Made by a program: the position numbers and the translations under genes. Below, one piece after another: positions 24,430 through 32,369 of a stretch of 45,099 bases of DNA. The first letter of the stretch is position 1. Each line of letters starts with the position of its first letter. The stretch lies in contig CAZQTQ010000001.1 in the NCBI GenBank assembly GCA_964596025.1, positions 1 through 45,099 of the forward strand. The letters are read 5' to 3'. The stretch comes from an uncultured Rickettsiales bacterium. GTDB lineage: Bacteria; Myxococcota_A; UBA796; UBA9615. Under the pieces are notes generated by a model. That model ran no database searches and was not told the origin of the DNA. It was given only the letters and a program-made list of their open reading frames with translations.

Positions 24430-25727
24430 GGGGAGGAAGGAGCGCCGGGGACTACGACGTTTCCCGCCTCATCCCCGGGCTGGACGTTGTGCCACAGAAA
24501 CAGCCAGGTCGTCGTGGACTCGAGTCGCGGCTCGACAGCTTCAGCCAGCCCAACGGCTTGGGAGGCCCGACCCAGCCACAGGTAGCGGGCCAACTCGTCG
24601 ACTGCCGGCCCAAGGAGGGGGTATTCGAGGAGGCCGTGGCCATGAACCAAGAGGGCCGCGACCGACGCCGCTCTTCGGGCCCAATCCCCCTCCTTGCCAC
24701 GCGACCAGTCCGGGTCAGCAGAGTGGCCTTCGGCCAAGGCCTCCACACAACGACGTCCCCAAGAGAGGGCCGAGCGGAAGGGGGAGCCCTCGGGATGACA
24801 GGGACGGTACATCTTCTCGTAATCGGCAAGCCACTCCGCGGTCTGCACCAACCACTGGCGCGACGGCGGGCCAACCTCGGCAACCGACTCCCCCCGCAGC
24901 TGGCACCCGGCCCGAATCACTGCTTCTACCGGCTGGAAGCTGGTCTTGAGAGCAGCCACCGTTTCGCGCATCCACTCCACGTAGCGCCCGCGCTCCACGC
25001 GGAGCGCAGGGTCGACAGCGATGGACTCCGGAACGGTCCAGACGGTCTTCATCGTGGATCGCAGGGCGACCCAAGCATCCAAGTTGGCTTCGAGCGCCGC
25101 ACCCTCGATGGCGTTCCGAGCCATGCAGGCGCACTCGGGAAGCAGGCTTGCGTGCCATTCGTCGCCACAAAGGACCAGGTGGGCGGGGAAGGCCAAGCAC
25201 CGCTGCGGTTTGGCCAAGGAACCAAACTCCTCGTGGAGCCGGCACTGTCCCGAAGAAGGGGCGAAAAAGGCGCAGGATCCGCCGACGCTGACCACGTTGA
25301 GAGGGCCCGAAGCGAGGCCCTCGTACGCAGGGTAAAGGAGCTCCTCGGCGGGCAAGGGCAGGTCGCTGAGCTGGCGAGCAAAGCCAAGAATGCGCTCAGC
25401 CTCCAACGGAACCACCGGGATGTGGTGGTAGAGAGAGCAGCAGGCCCCCTCGCCGTCGCAGGCGGAACGCAGCATTGGGACGTGAAGAGGCAAGACGGCG
25501 TCCTCAGGACGCACCATGCGGCCGATGAGCTGGCCCCGACGCGGAGGGCCCGAGTCTGGCCCACCGTCCACCAAGAGGCTGGGGCCAGTCGATTCGGATT
25601 CCTGCCCGCCCTGCAGACCGCGCTCAACGGGGGGACCGCTCGGGGGATGGGCAAACTCGCGCAGACCCTGGGAATCCAGGGTGCGCCGAACCAAGACGAA
25701 TTCGCTGCCTGCCCGGAGTTTGGTCAC
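24426..25727 (-). CDS. YkgJ-family Cys-cluster (zinc/iron-chelating, UPF0153) protein with a long FliB-like extension
   Basis: Cys clusters are CDGEGACCSLYHHIPV...E and CAFFAPSSGQCRLHEEFGSLAKPQRCLAFP (family pattern C..C.iy..RP..Cr.fP). At 433 aa it is similar in size to FliB-type members. It forms an ATGA overlap with the malQ start. Confidence 0.6.
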   Translation of the reverse strand: MTKLRAGSEFVLVRRTLDSQGLREFAHPPSGPPVERGLQGGQESESTGPSLLVDGGPDSGPPRRGQLIGRMVRPEDAVLPLHVPMLRSACDGEGACCSLYHHIPVVPLEAERILGFARQLSDLPLPAEELLYPAYEGLASGPLNVVSVGGSCAFFAPSSGQCRLHEEFGSLAKPQRCLAFPAHLVLCGDEWHASLLPECACMARNAIEGAALEANLDAWVALRSTMKTVWTVPESIAVDPALRVERGRYVEWMRETVAALKTSFQPVEAVIRAGCQLRGESVAEVGPPSRQWLVQTAEWLADYEKMYRPCHPEGSPFRSALSWGRRCVEALAEGHSADPDWSRGKEGDWARRAASVAALLVHGHGLLEYPLLGPAVDELARYLWLGRASQAVGLAEAVEPRLESTTTWLFLWHNVQPGDEAGNVVVPGAPSSP

Positions 25728-25806
25728 CGGCCAGAGGATAGCGGAGCCCTCGGCCGGTAGCTTCGAGGCTTCCCTTCCGCTATGACAAGGCCCATCGGAG
25801 GGCAGC

Positions 25807-26985
25807 TTGGGCAGCTTGATCTGGTTCCTGTCGATGCTCCTGGTCCCCCTGCCTTACGTGGCCCTGCACGCCACCGGAGTGGGGGCGGATCTCAGTCCCA
25901 CGTCGACGGTGCTTTTGTGCTCTCTCGCCGTCCTTGGCTCCGCTTCCCTCCTGCTCTGGGCCGCCGAGTTGGCGGAAGAGTTCATCCCCCGCCCGGTCGT
26001 TCTGATACTCGTCGCCGCCGTCGCCGTACTGCCTGAAGCGTGTGTCGACCTCAGGCTCGCCTGGGTGGCCGGGCAGAACCCCGAGCTCCTCGCCTACACG
26101 CTCGCTAGCCTCTCCGGCTCCCAACGCCTCGTTCTGGGCTTGGGCGGACTCATGGTGCTGGGCCTCTGGTTCCTGCAAGACCGCGAGAGTTCAGTCGAGC
26201 TTCCCGTGGGCAACCGTCTCGGCATGGGCTTCCTCCTCCTGGCAACCGCCTACTCCTTCCTCCTGGCGCTCAAAGGAAGCCTGACATTGATCGACGCCGG
26301 CATTCTCCTGGGAATCTTCGCCGGCTACGTGGCCCGGTCGATGCGGAGGGCCCCGGAAGAACGGGAGCACAGGGGGCCCGTCGGCTGGCTCAAGGAACGC
26401 CTCCCCCGCCTGTCCCGCATGGCCCTGCTCCCCCTCCTCCTCGTTTACTCCGGAGCGACGGTCTGGCTCGCAACAGGGACCCTGACTGTGGGGCTCCTTT
26501 CCCTGAGCAGCACCATGGGCGCCGACGGGTTCCTGGTGCTTCACGGCGCGGTTCCACTCGCCGCTGAGTTGCCCCTCCTGAGCCTCGTTCTTCTCCTCGT
26601 GGCTCACCGAGAGGCCGCCCGAGCCGTCGACCTCCTGATCGCGGCTGCGCTTCACCAGTGGACCCTCGGGATCGCCGCCCTCCCCTGCGCCTACGCCCTC
26701 GCCACCGACGGGCTCGCGGGACTTCCGCTGACCAGCCGGCCACAAGAGACACTGCTGCTCTCCGCGGCCCAAGCCCTCTTCACCCTCGCCCTCTTCGCCA
26801 AGCTCCGCTTCGCCCTCTGGGAGGGAGCGCTCCTCGGGGGGCTCTACCTTCTCCCCTGGATCTTCCGCGACGCAGGACTGCAGTACATCGTGGCCGGTCT
26901 CTATTTTGTACTCGTCCTGGTCCTAGGGCTGAGTACGGCCGAGAGGCGGATGGCCGTAGGCAAGCTGCTCCGCTTCGGCGACTGA
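25807..26985 (+). CDS. Polytopic membrane protein with weak Ca2+/cation antiporter (Na_Ca_ex)-like motifs
   Basis: About 10 hydrophobic helices. VAAVAVLPEACVDLRLAW and AVPLAAELPLLSLV resemble degenerate alpha-repeat GTS(L)PE motifs of CaCA transporters. TTG start. Confidence 0.6.
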   Translation: MGSLIWFLSMLLVPLPYVALHATGVGADLSPTSTVLLCSLAVLGSASLLLWAAELAEEFIPRPVVLILVAAVAVLPEACVDLRLAWVAGQNPELLAYTLASLSGSQRLVLGLGGLMVLGLWFLQDRESSVELPVGNRLGMGFLLLATAYSFLLALKGSLTLIDAGILLGIFAGYVARSMRRAPEEREHRGPVGWLKERLPRLSRMALLPLLLVYSGATVWLATGTLTVGLLSLSSTMGADGFLVLHGAVPLAAELPLLSLVLLLVAHREAARAVDLLIAAALHQWTLGIAALPCAYALATDGLAGLPLTSRPQETLLLSAAQALFTLALFAKLRFALWEGALLGGLYLLPWIFRDAGLQYIVAGLYFVLVLVLGLSTAERRMAVGKLLRFGD

Positions 26986-27070
26986 GAAGCTCAGGCCTCT
27001 GCTCAAGCCACAGGATCCCGAAGCCAGCACATTGGACAGAGGGGAGGAGGGCGGGCGACAATCCGAAGGG

Positions 27071-27439
27071 ATGCGTTCAACCCGACCCCCCCTTGCCCTC
27101 GTCTTGCTGACGGGCGGCCTGCTCCTGAGCAGCCTCTTCGTCGCCTGCCCCTCCAAGCGCGCGGCCCCCGAAGCAACGCCCCCCGGTGAGGAGCCCAGCC
27201 CAGCCACCGAGGCACCAGCTCCCAGGAGCAAAGAGGCAAGACCACCGACTGACCTAAAGTCCGGCTGCTGCACTCAGTGCATCCAGGCGACTCAGAAGGA
27301 TCCCACCGGCCGAGACCTGTCGCTCCTTCCGTGCAGCGGCTACACCAACTCCCTGATCAACGGGACGCCCGCGCTCGATGCCACCTGCGAATCCTGGTTC
27401 GCGTCTCACCCGCTCCTGGTGCAGGACTGCCGCCCGTGA
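27071..27439 (+). CDS. Small Cys-rich lipoprotein (122 aa)
   Basis: ATG 27071 is preceded by GAAGGG. Signal peptide plus lipobox is MRSTRPPLALVLLTGGLLLSSLFVA|C. A Pro/Glu/Ala linker follows, then six Cys in SGCCTQCIQ...LLPCSGY...DATCESW...VQDC. Its stop overlaps the next gene's start (GTGA). Confidence 0.7.
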   Translation: MRSTRPPLALVLLTGGLLLSSLFVACPSKRAAPEATPPGEEPSPATEAPAPRSKEARPPTDLKSGCCTQCIQATQKDPTGRDLSLLPCSGYTNSLINGTPALDATCESWFASHPLLVQDCRP

Positions 27440-29334
27440 GCGGCCTTCGGCGGGCCGTCCTGCTCGCCGCGGTAGGCGGAACCCTCGTCCCCCTGGTCCT
27501 GTCCCTGAGCCTCGGGTGGTGGAATCCGCTGGCTGCTTTGGAACTCAGCGGTCTCCACTTCGCGCTGGCCCGGATGACACGTCCCCTGCTGGACACGCCC
27601 TTCGCCGAACATCCCCTCTTGGCCCTGGCCCTCGCCGCGGCACTGGGAGGGCTGCACTCCCTGGTGTCCCGGCGAGGTCTCTCTGGCCTCAGGTTCATCG
27701 AGTGGCCTCTCTGCATTTTGGCGGGCCTGGTTGGGCTGTGGGCCGCCCTCCTTCTGCTCGCACTCGACCCCTTGCTTTGCCTGCTCCTGGCGCTCGTCCT
27801 CGGCCTGCCCCCGGCCTACTGGCCCACGTCTGCCTCCCCGATCCCCACTCGGCAGCCCTCCTCCACCCTCCCCAGCCTGGGACTCGCCGCCAGCTGCGCT
27901 GCAATCCTGCTATCCGCCAGCCTGGCGTCTCTGGGCAGCCAGCACGACAGCCCCTTGAGGGCTCTGGACTGGCTCTGGGTCGAGGCGCTCGGTCGCTCCC
28001 CGGCACTGCATGCGCTGTTTTGGGGGGCGGTAGCAGCGGCAGCGGTCTGGCTCCGCTTTCGGCACCGGCTGCTCGAAGCGGTCCGAGGCGCTCCAGATCG
28101 ACGAAGCTGGGTCGGCCCGGGGCTAAGCGCCACCCTATTGGTTCTGGGCACCGCCGCCCGAGGACTCAGCGCAGGAAGCGGAATCTGGCTGCTCTCCGCC
28201 GCGGCCTTGTTGCTGTGGTGTCCCCCCTTACTCCGTCTGGCGAGGCAGCGCCGTCCGCGCCGGCCCCCCCTCGCGGCGCTGGGCCTCGGCGGGGCCCTGC
28301 TAGCCCTCTCGATCCTCCGCACGACCGCCATCCTCCAGTGGACTCCGGCGACCCTTCTTCCCCCGAGGGTGCAGGTTCTAAGCGATTCGGCGGGGTTCTT
28401 CGCCTTGGCTTGGGACGAAGCAAAGGGGCAGTTACTGACAACCCGCCGGGCCGAGAACCTCATCGAACTATGGGACCTCGGAGAGGCGGGAGCCAACCGC
28501 GTCCAGCAATGGCAGCCACAGTCGGGTTCGTCTTGGACGCCTGAAGACAGCGTAGAGGCGGTTTACGGACCAGCCGGGGGCCAGTTCTGGGTTGCAGTGG
28601 TCCAGGCCGACGGGGGCCATGGGCTGCTGGCGATCCACCCCATGGACGGCCCCGGGGCCTTCGTACAGCTCGGAAACTGCAACCCGACGAGCTGGCTCCT
28701 CCTACCGGATGCGGCGCTCGTCGCCGTCGGCGGCGCGGCCGGCGAGGTCTTGGTCGGCTGCGAATCCTCGGGCGCCGCCGTCCGATTCGCTCCCTCAACC
28801 GGCCGGGTCGTGGGGACAGTCCCCGTTCCGCGGGGCCTGGAAGATGCCGCCTTCTCCGAAGACGGCAGCCGGCTCTTCGGCCTGCAGCTCTGGGGTCATC
28901 CCTGGCTCGCCGCCTTCGCTTGGCCCACCGGGGAGGTTCGCGCGCGGCGACGGGTCGGTCCGCTCAGCTGGGGGCTGGAGCGAGAGAGGCTCCCCGCCCC
29001 CTCACCGGGCGAGACCGGCGGAAGTCGCCTATGGCTCGCGCGGTTCTTGGAAGGTGTGGTCCTCGGCATCGATCCGAAGGACCTCTCGATCAAGACCATG
29101 ATTCGCCTGTCTCCTGGCCTTCGCGACCTCCAGGTCGACGCAAAGCAGGGACTCCTTTGGGCTGCTGCCTCTCTGTCGGGGACCGTGTGGGAGGTTGCGA
29201 CCGATGGGTCCTCCGCACCCCGGGCCCACCCGGTTTGTGGCGCCCCCCGCCACCTCGTCTTGGATGCCATGGGGCGTGCACTGGTCGCTAGCGACTGCGG
29301 AATCTTCCGCATCACGCCAGGAGTCACGCGATGA
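27436..29334 (+). CDS. Polytopic membrane protein with a C-terminal beta-propeller-like domain (paralog A)
   Basis: GTG 27436 is in a GTGA overlap with the previous stop. About 320 aa contain many Leu/Ala-rich TM helices. About 310 aa are beta-rich repeats (LIELWDL, GLLAIHPMDG, RLFGLQLWG, LLWAAASLSGTVWEV, ALVASDCGIFRI). The first 53 codons of the track ORF overlap the upstream gene. Confidence 0.75.
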   Translation: MSGLRRAVLLAAVGGTLVPLVLSLSLGWWNPLAALELSGLHFALARMTRPLLDTPFAEHPLLALALAAALGGLHSLVSRRGLSGLRFIEWPLCILAGLVGLWAALLLLALDPLLCLLLALVLGLPPAYWPTSASPIPTRQPSSTLPSLGLAASCAAILLSASLASLGSQHDSPLRALDWLWVEALGRSPALHALFWGAVAAAAVWLRFRHRLLEAVRGAPDRRSWVGPGLSATLLVLGTAARGLSAGSGIWLLSAAALLLWCPPLLRLARQRRPRRPPLAALGLGGALLALSILRTTAILQWTPATLLPPRVQVLSDSAGFFALAWDEAKGQLLTTRRAENLIELWDLGEAGANRVQQWQPQSGSSWTPEDSVEAVYGPAGGQFWVAVVQADGGHGLLAIHPMDGPGAFVQLGNCNPTSWLLLPDAALVAVGGAAGEVLVGCESSGAAVRFAPSTGRVVGTVPVPRGLEDAAFSEDGSRLFGLQLWGHPWLAAFAWPTGEVRARRRVGPLSWGLERERLPAPSPGETGGSRLWLARFLEGVVLGIDPKDLSIKTMIRLSPGLRDLQVDAKQGLLWAAASLSGTVWEVATDGSSAPRAHPVCGAPRHLVLDAMGRALVASDCGIFRITPGVTR

Positions 29335-32300
29335 GCCGGCCGCGCGCCTGGGTTTGGCCCGCAGCCATCGCCGTGGCGGCTGCAGCCACCACCGCCCCCC
29401 TCTTCCGGAATGCCTCCGCCATTGTGCACCGAGACAGCTACCGAGCCTCGGACTGGCTTGAGGCCGCCAAGCACCACTGGTTTGCCCGGCAGCGTCTGCT
29501 CGAAGACGGCGTCCTTCCCTTGTGGAATCCCTTGCTCGAGGGAGGCCTCCCCGCCCTCGCCCACCCCAGCGACGGAACCCTCTCCCCCTTTTTCCTCCTG
29601 CCGCTCGCCCTGGGAGAAGCGGTGGGGATGAAGGCCAACATCCTCCTTCTCACGGTCCTCGGCGCGCTCGGGGTCTTCGCCCTGGGTCGGCGTTGGCTGA
29701 GGCTCTCTCTCGGCGCGGCTGCAGTCGCCGGACTGTCCTTCGCGGTCGCCGGATGGATGCCCTCCCGCGTCGCCGTCGGCTTCTACGAGAGCGCCTTCCT
29801 CGCCCCCCTACCCTGGGTCCTGGTCTGCGTGCACGAGGCGGCGGAGGCCGAAGATCGACGGCATGGCCTCCGGATCGCTGTCCTCGGAGCCTTTGCGCTG
29901 TGCTGCCTCGCAGCCCAGCTTCAGCTCGCCTTGGCCTTTGCCGCCCTCCAGATCCTCCTGTGGGCCGCAGTGGACAGCGGCCACCGGAGGCGCAGGCTGC
30001 AGGCAGCGGCCACGATCCTGGGGGCAACTGCGGCCCTGGGCGCGGTCAAATGGCTGCCTATGCTCGAGTTCGTCCGGGCCCGCGGCGGGCGAGCCGTGGG
30101 CCCCGAAGGCCCGCTAGCCCACCCGTTCGAGGCGCTCGAGGGGATCCTCCTGGGGATCTTCCAGATCGCGGAGCCGGTGGGTCGCTATACCGAAGACGGC
30201 CTTCCGCTGGTCCCCGAGTACGACGCCGTAGGTCTCCCCGCTGTGGTCGTCCTGTTGGCCGCAGTCGCTGCCTTCCGTTGGACGCGGGGGCGAGGACTGG
30301 TGGCCCTGCTCACCATCACCTTAGGCCTCGCCTGGATGCCCGGCGACGGCACCCAGGCCAGTCTCTTTGCGCTGCTCCGCCCCCTTCCCCTATTTGATTC
30401 CATGCGCGAGACGGCCCGCTACGTGGGCTACTTCGTCCTGCTCTGGACCTGCCTCCTCGGAGGATTGGGCGCCGAGGAGTTACTCAATCGATGGAAGCTG
30501 CGGGACCGCCTTCCAGACACTGCATTGGCCACTTTGGTCCTCCTCACTCTGCTTCCCAGCGCCCTGCGCTCGGGCCACCTCTACGGCGAGACCTTCGCGG
30601 CCGACGCTCCCCGAAGCACCGCCGGCCCCTTCCACCAGATCCGGCTCATCGGGCCGCCCCATCCCGGCGCCGACTCCTTCAACGTCGCCCGCTACACCAG
30701 CCCCATCGAGGGGGTGGGGGTGATCTACGATCCCGAAGACTTGCCACCCGAAGGGGGCATGCGGGCCGAGGGGGCCTTTCACGTACGGGCCAACGGCAGC
30801 CGGACCCTCAACCGCAGCTACCGCGGGGAGGTATGGATCGTGGGCGGCGCGGGCCGCGTGGGGCCACTCGAGGCCCTACCCAACCGCTTCCGCTTTCCCC
30901 TAGAGGTGGGGGAGGCCGCACGGGTCGTCGTCAATCAGAACTACGACCCCAACTGGGAGGTCGACTTGCCCCTTCAGTTCATCGAACACCAAGGCCTTCT
31001 CGCCATCGAGACCGACGGCGCCTGGGACACTCCAGTCGAACTCCGCTACCGGCCGCAGTCCCTGTGCTGGGGCTCGGCTCTCTCCGGCCTGGCCGCCCTC
31101 TTTGCCCTCTTCCTCCTCTGGCGCCCCCGGAGGCTCGCCCCTCCTTCCGCAGCCCTCGCGCTCCTCCTCTTGCTCTCTAGCTGCGCCGACGACCTCGAGC
31201 CCGTACCCGAGGTCCCGGTAGTCACCGTCCCCGGCACTGCTGCCAACGCCGGTGGAAGAGGGTCCCCAGCGACACCGACCGAAGCCTCAGCCCGAGCGCC
31301 GGGGACCGTCGACAGGCTCGGCGATACCATTCAGGTTTGCCTCCTCCTCCCGCAGACCGGCGAGGCAGCATCCGAAGGGGAGGCGATGCGACAGGGCACC
31401 ACCTTGGCCCGCGAACAGATCGACGGCGAGACCTGGCGGATCCGCCGCCTCCACTGGATTGAACAGGACTCGGCTTCCAGCGAAGAGGGGGCGGTCGCGG
31501 GCTGGCACAGGTGCTACGACGCCGGCGCTGGCATTGTCATCGGCCCCACCCACCCCGGAGCCGTCTCTGCCCTCATCCCGGTTGCTGCCGCCCACGAAGC
31601 CGTCCACATCGTCCCCGACCTGGGTGGGGCGGGAACCGAGGGATGGGGCAGCCTGCAGTTCGCTGTCAGCCCTCCGGCCACGTCGATGGCGGAAGAGGCA
31701 GCATCCCAGGCGCTGAGCGAAGGAGCGACCCGAGCCGCAGTTCTCCACATCGACGGGGCCTTCGGTCTCTCGTTGGCCTCGGCCTTCGAGGCCCGCTTCC
31801 GAGCCGCGGAAGGAGCGCAGGTCTCCCTCCACACAGCTCGGCCAGAGGCGCTCCAAAGCTGGACCGACGCGGTAGCGCAGATCGCCAGGAGCAGTCCCGA
31901 ACACCTCTTTGTCGTCGCACCGCCGGACGCGGCGCGAGTGAGCTTGGACGCGGTCCAGGCGAGCCCGGCCCTGGCCAAGACGCAGATCTGGCTGAGCGAT
32001 TGGTCGATGGACCGGAAGCAACTGGAAGGCAGGGAGGCCTTGGCCCCGCGACTCCAGTGGCTCAGCCGCGCCCCGGTTGCCGAGGCCTTCGCCACCCGCT
32101 TCGTCGAGCGATTTGGGCAGCCCCCGACCCCTGCGGCCGCCGCCGCCTACGATGCGGTCCTCCTAGCCGCCTCGGCCGCCCAGGGCTCTCCCAGCCCGGC
32201 GCCCAAGGACTTGGCGCAGGCGCTGCGCTCCACCCGCGGAATGCGCTCCGCCTTCGGGACCGCAGCCCTGGTAAGCGGCTTTGGCGTGGTCTACGAGAAC

Positions 32301-32369
32301 GTCGCCGGATACCGAAGGGTCCGCGTCGTTTCCGAGGGGACAGGGGGCCTCGACTTCGCCGGCTACTGA
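29331..32369 (+). CDS. YfhO-family (GT-C-like) membrane protein fused in frame to a type-I periplasmic binding protein (LivK/LpoA-like) domain
   Basis: ATGA overlap with the upstream stop. The N-terminal ~590 aa carry YfhO features: LPLWNPLLEGGLPALAHP near the N-terminus, many TM helices, and the C-terminal NYDPNWEVD...VELRYRPQSLCWGSALSGLAAL block. An internal RRLAPPSAALALLLLLSS|C follows. Then the PBP1 domain reads IQVCLLLPQTGEAASEGEAMRQGTTLAREQI...VIGPTHPGAVSALIPVAAAHEAVHIVP. Confidence 0.8.
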   Translation: MSRPRAWVWPAAIAVAAAATTAPLFRNASAIVHRDSYRASDWLEAAKHHWFARQRLLEDGVLPLWNPLLEGGLPALAHPSDGTLSPFFLLPLALGEAVGMKANILLLTVLGALGVFALGRRWLRLSLGAAAVAGLSFAVAGWMPSRVAVGFYESAFLAPLPWVLVCVHEAAEAEDRRHGLRIAVLGAFALCCLAAQLQLALAFAALQILLWAAVDSGHRRRRLQAAATILGATAALGAVKWLPMLEFVRARGGRAVGPEGPLAHPFEALEGILLGIFQIAEPVGRYTEDGLPLVPEYDAVGLPAVVVLLAAVAAFRWTRGRGLVALLTITLGLAWMPGDGTQASLFALLRPLPLFDSMRETARYVGYFVLLWTCLLGGLGAEELLNRWKLRDRLPDTALATLVLLTLLPSALRSGHLYGETFAADAPRSTAGPFHQIRLIGPPHPGADSFNVARYTSPIEGVGVIYDPEDLPPEGGMRAEGAFHVRANGSRTLNRSYRGEVWIVGGAGRVGPLEALPNRFRFPLEVGEAARVVVNQNYDPNWEVDLPLQFIEHQGLLAIETDGAWDTPVELRYRPQSLCWGSALSGLAALFALFLLWRPRRLAPPSAALALLLLLSSCADDLEPVPEVPVVTVPGTAANAGGRGSPATPTEASARAPGTVDRLGDTIQVCLLLPQTGEAASEGEAMRQGTTLAREQIDGETWRIRRLHWIEQDSASSEEGAVAGWHRCYDAGAGIVIGPTHPGAVSALIPVAAAHEAVHIVPDLGGAGTEGWGSLQFAVSPPATSMAEEAASQALSEGATRAAVLHIDGAFGLSLASAFEARFRAAEGAQVSLHTARPEALQSWTDAVAQIARSSPEHLFVVAPPDAARVSLDAVQASPALAKTQIWLSDWSMDRKQLEGREALAPRLQWLSRAPVAEAFATRFVERFGQPPTPAAAAAYDAVLLAASAAQGSPSPAPKDLAQALRSTRGMRSAFGTAALVSGFGVVYENVAGYRRVRVVSEGTGGLDFAGY

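Noticed and set aside
24303-25760. 485-aa plus-strand ORF opposite the YkgJ-like gene. Further cases are 21209-22429 (+), 15123-16232 (-), 38187-39356 (-) and 2568-3647 (-).
   Set aside because: All are antisense or off-frame to genes with clear family motifs (PepP, bEBP, radical SAM, the mosaic OMP). All have shadow-ORF composition.
27071-27439. The small Cys-rich ORF as a RiPP precursor for the radical SAM enzymes.
   Set aside because: It has a full lipoprotein signal peptide, so it is exported before any cytoplasmic rSAM enzyme could act on a core peptide. It lies more than 10 kb from either rSAM gene and is translationally coupled to a membrane protein instead.
29331-32369. Splitting the 1012-aa ORF into two separate genes.
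   Set aside because: There is no in-frame stop anywhere, and no ATG/GTG/TTG immediately upstream of the internal signal peptide. I kept it as a fusion and flagged it for sequence verification.
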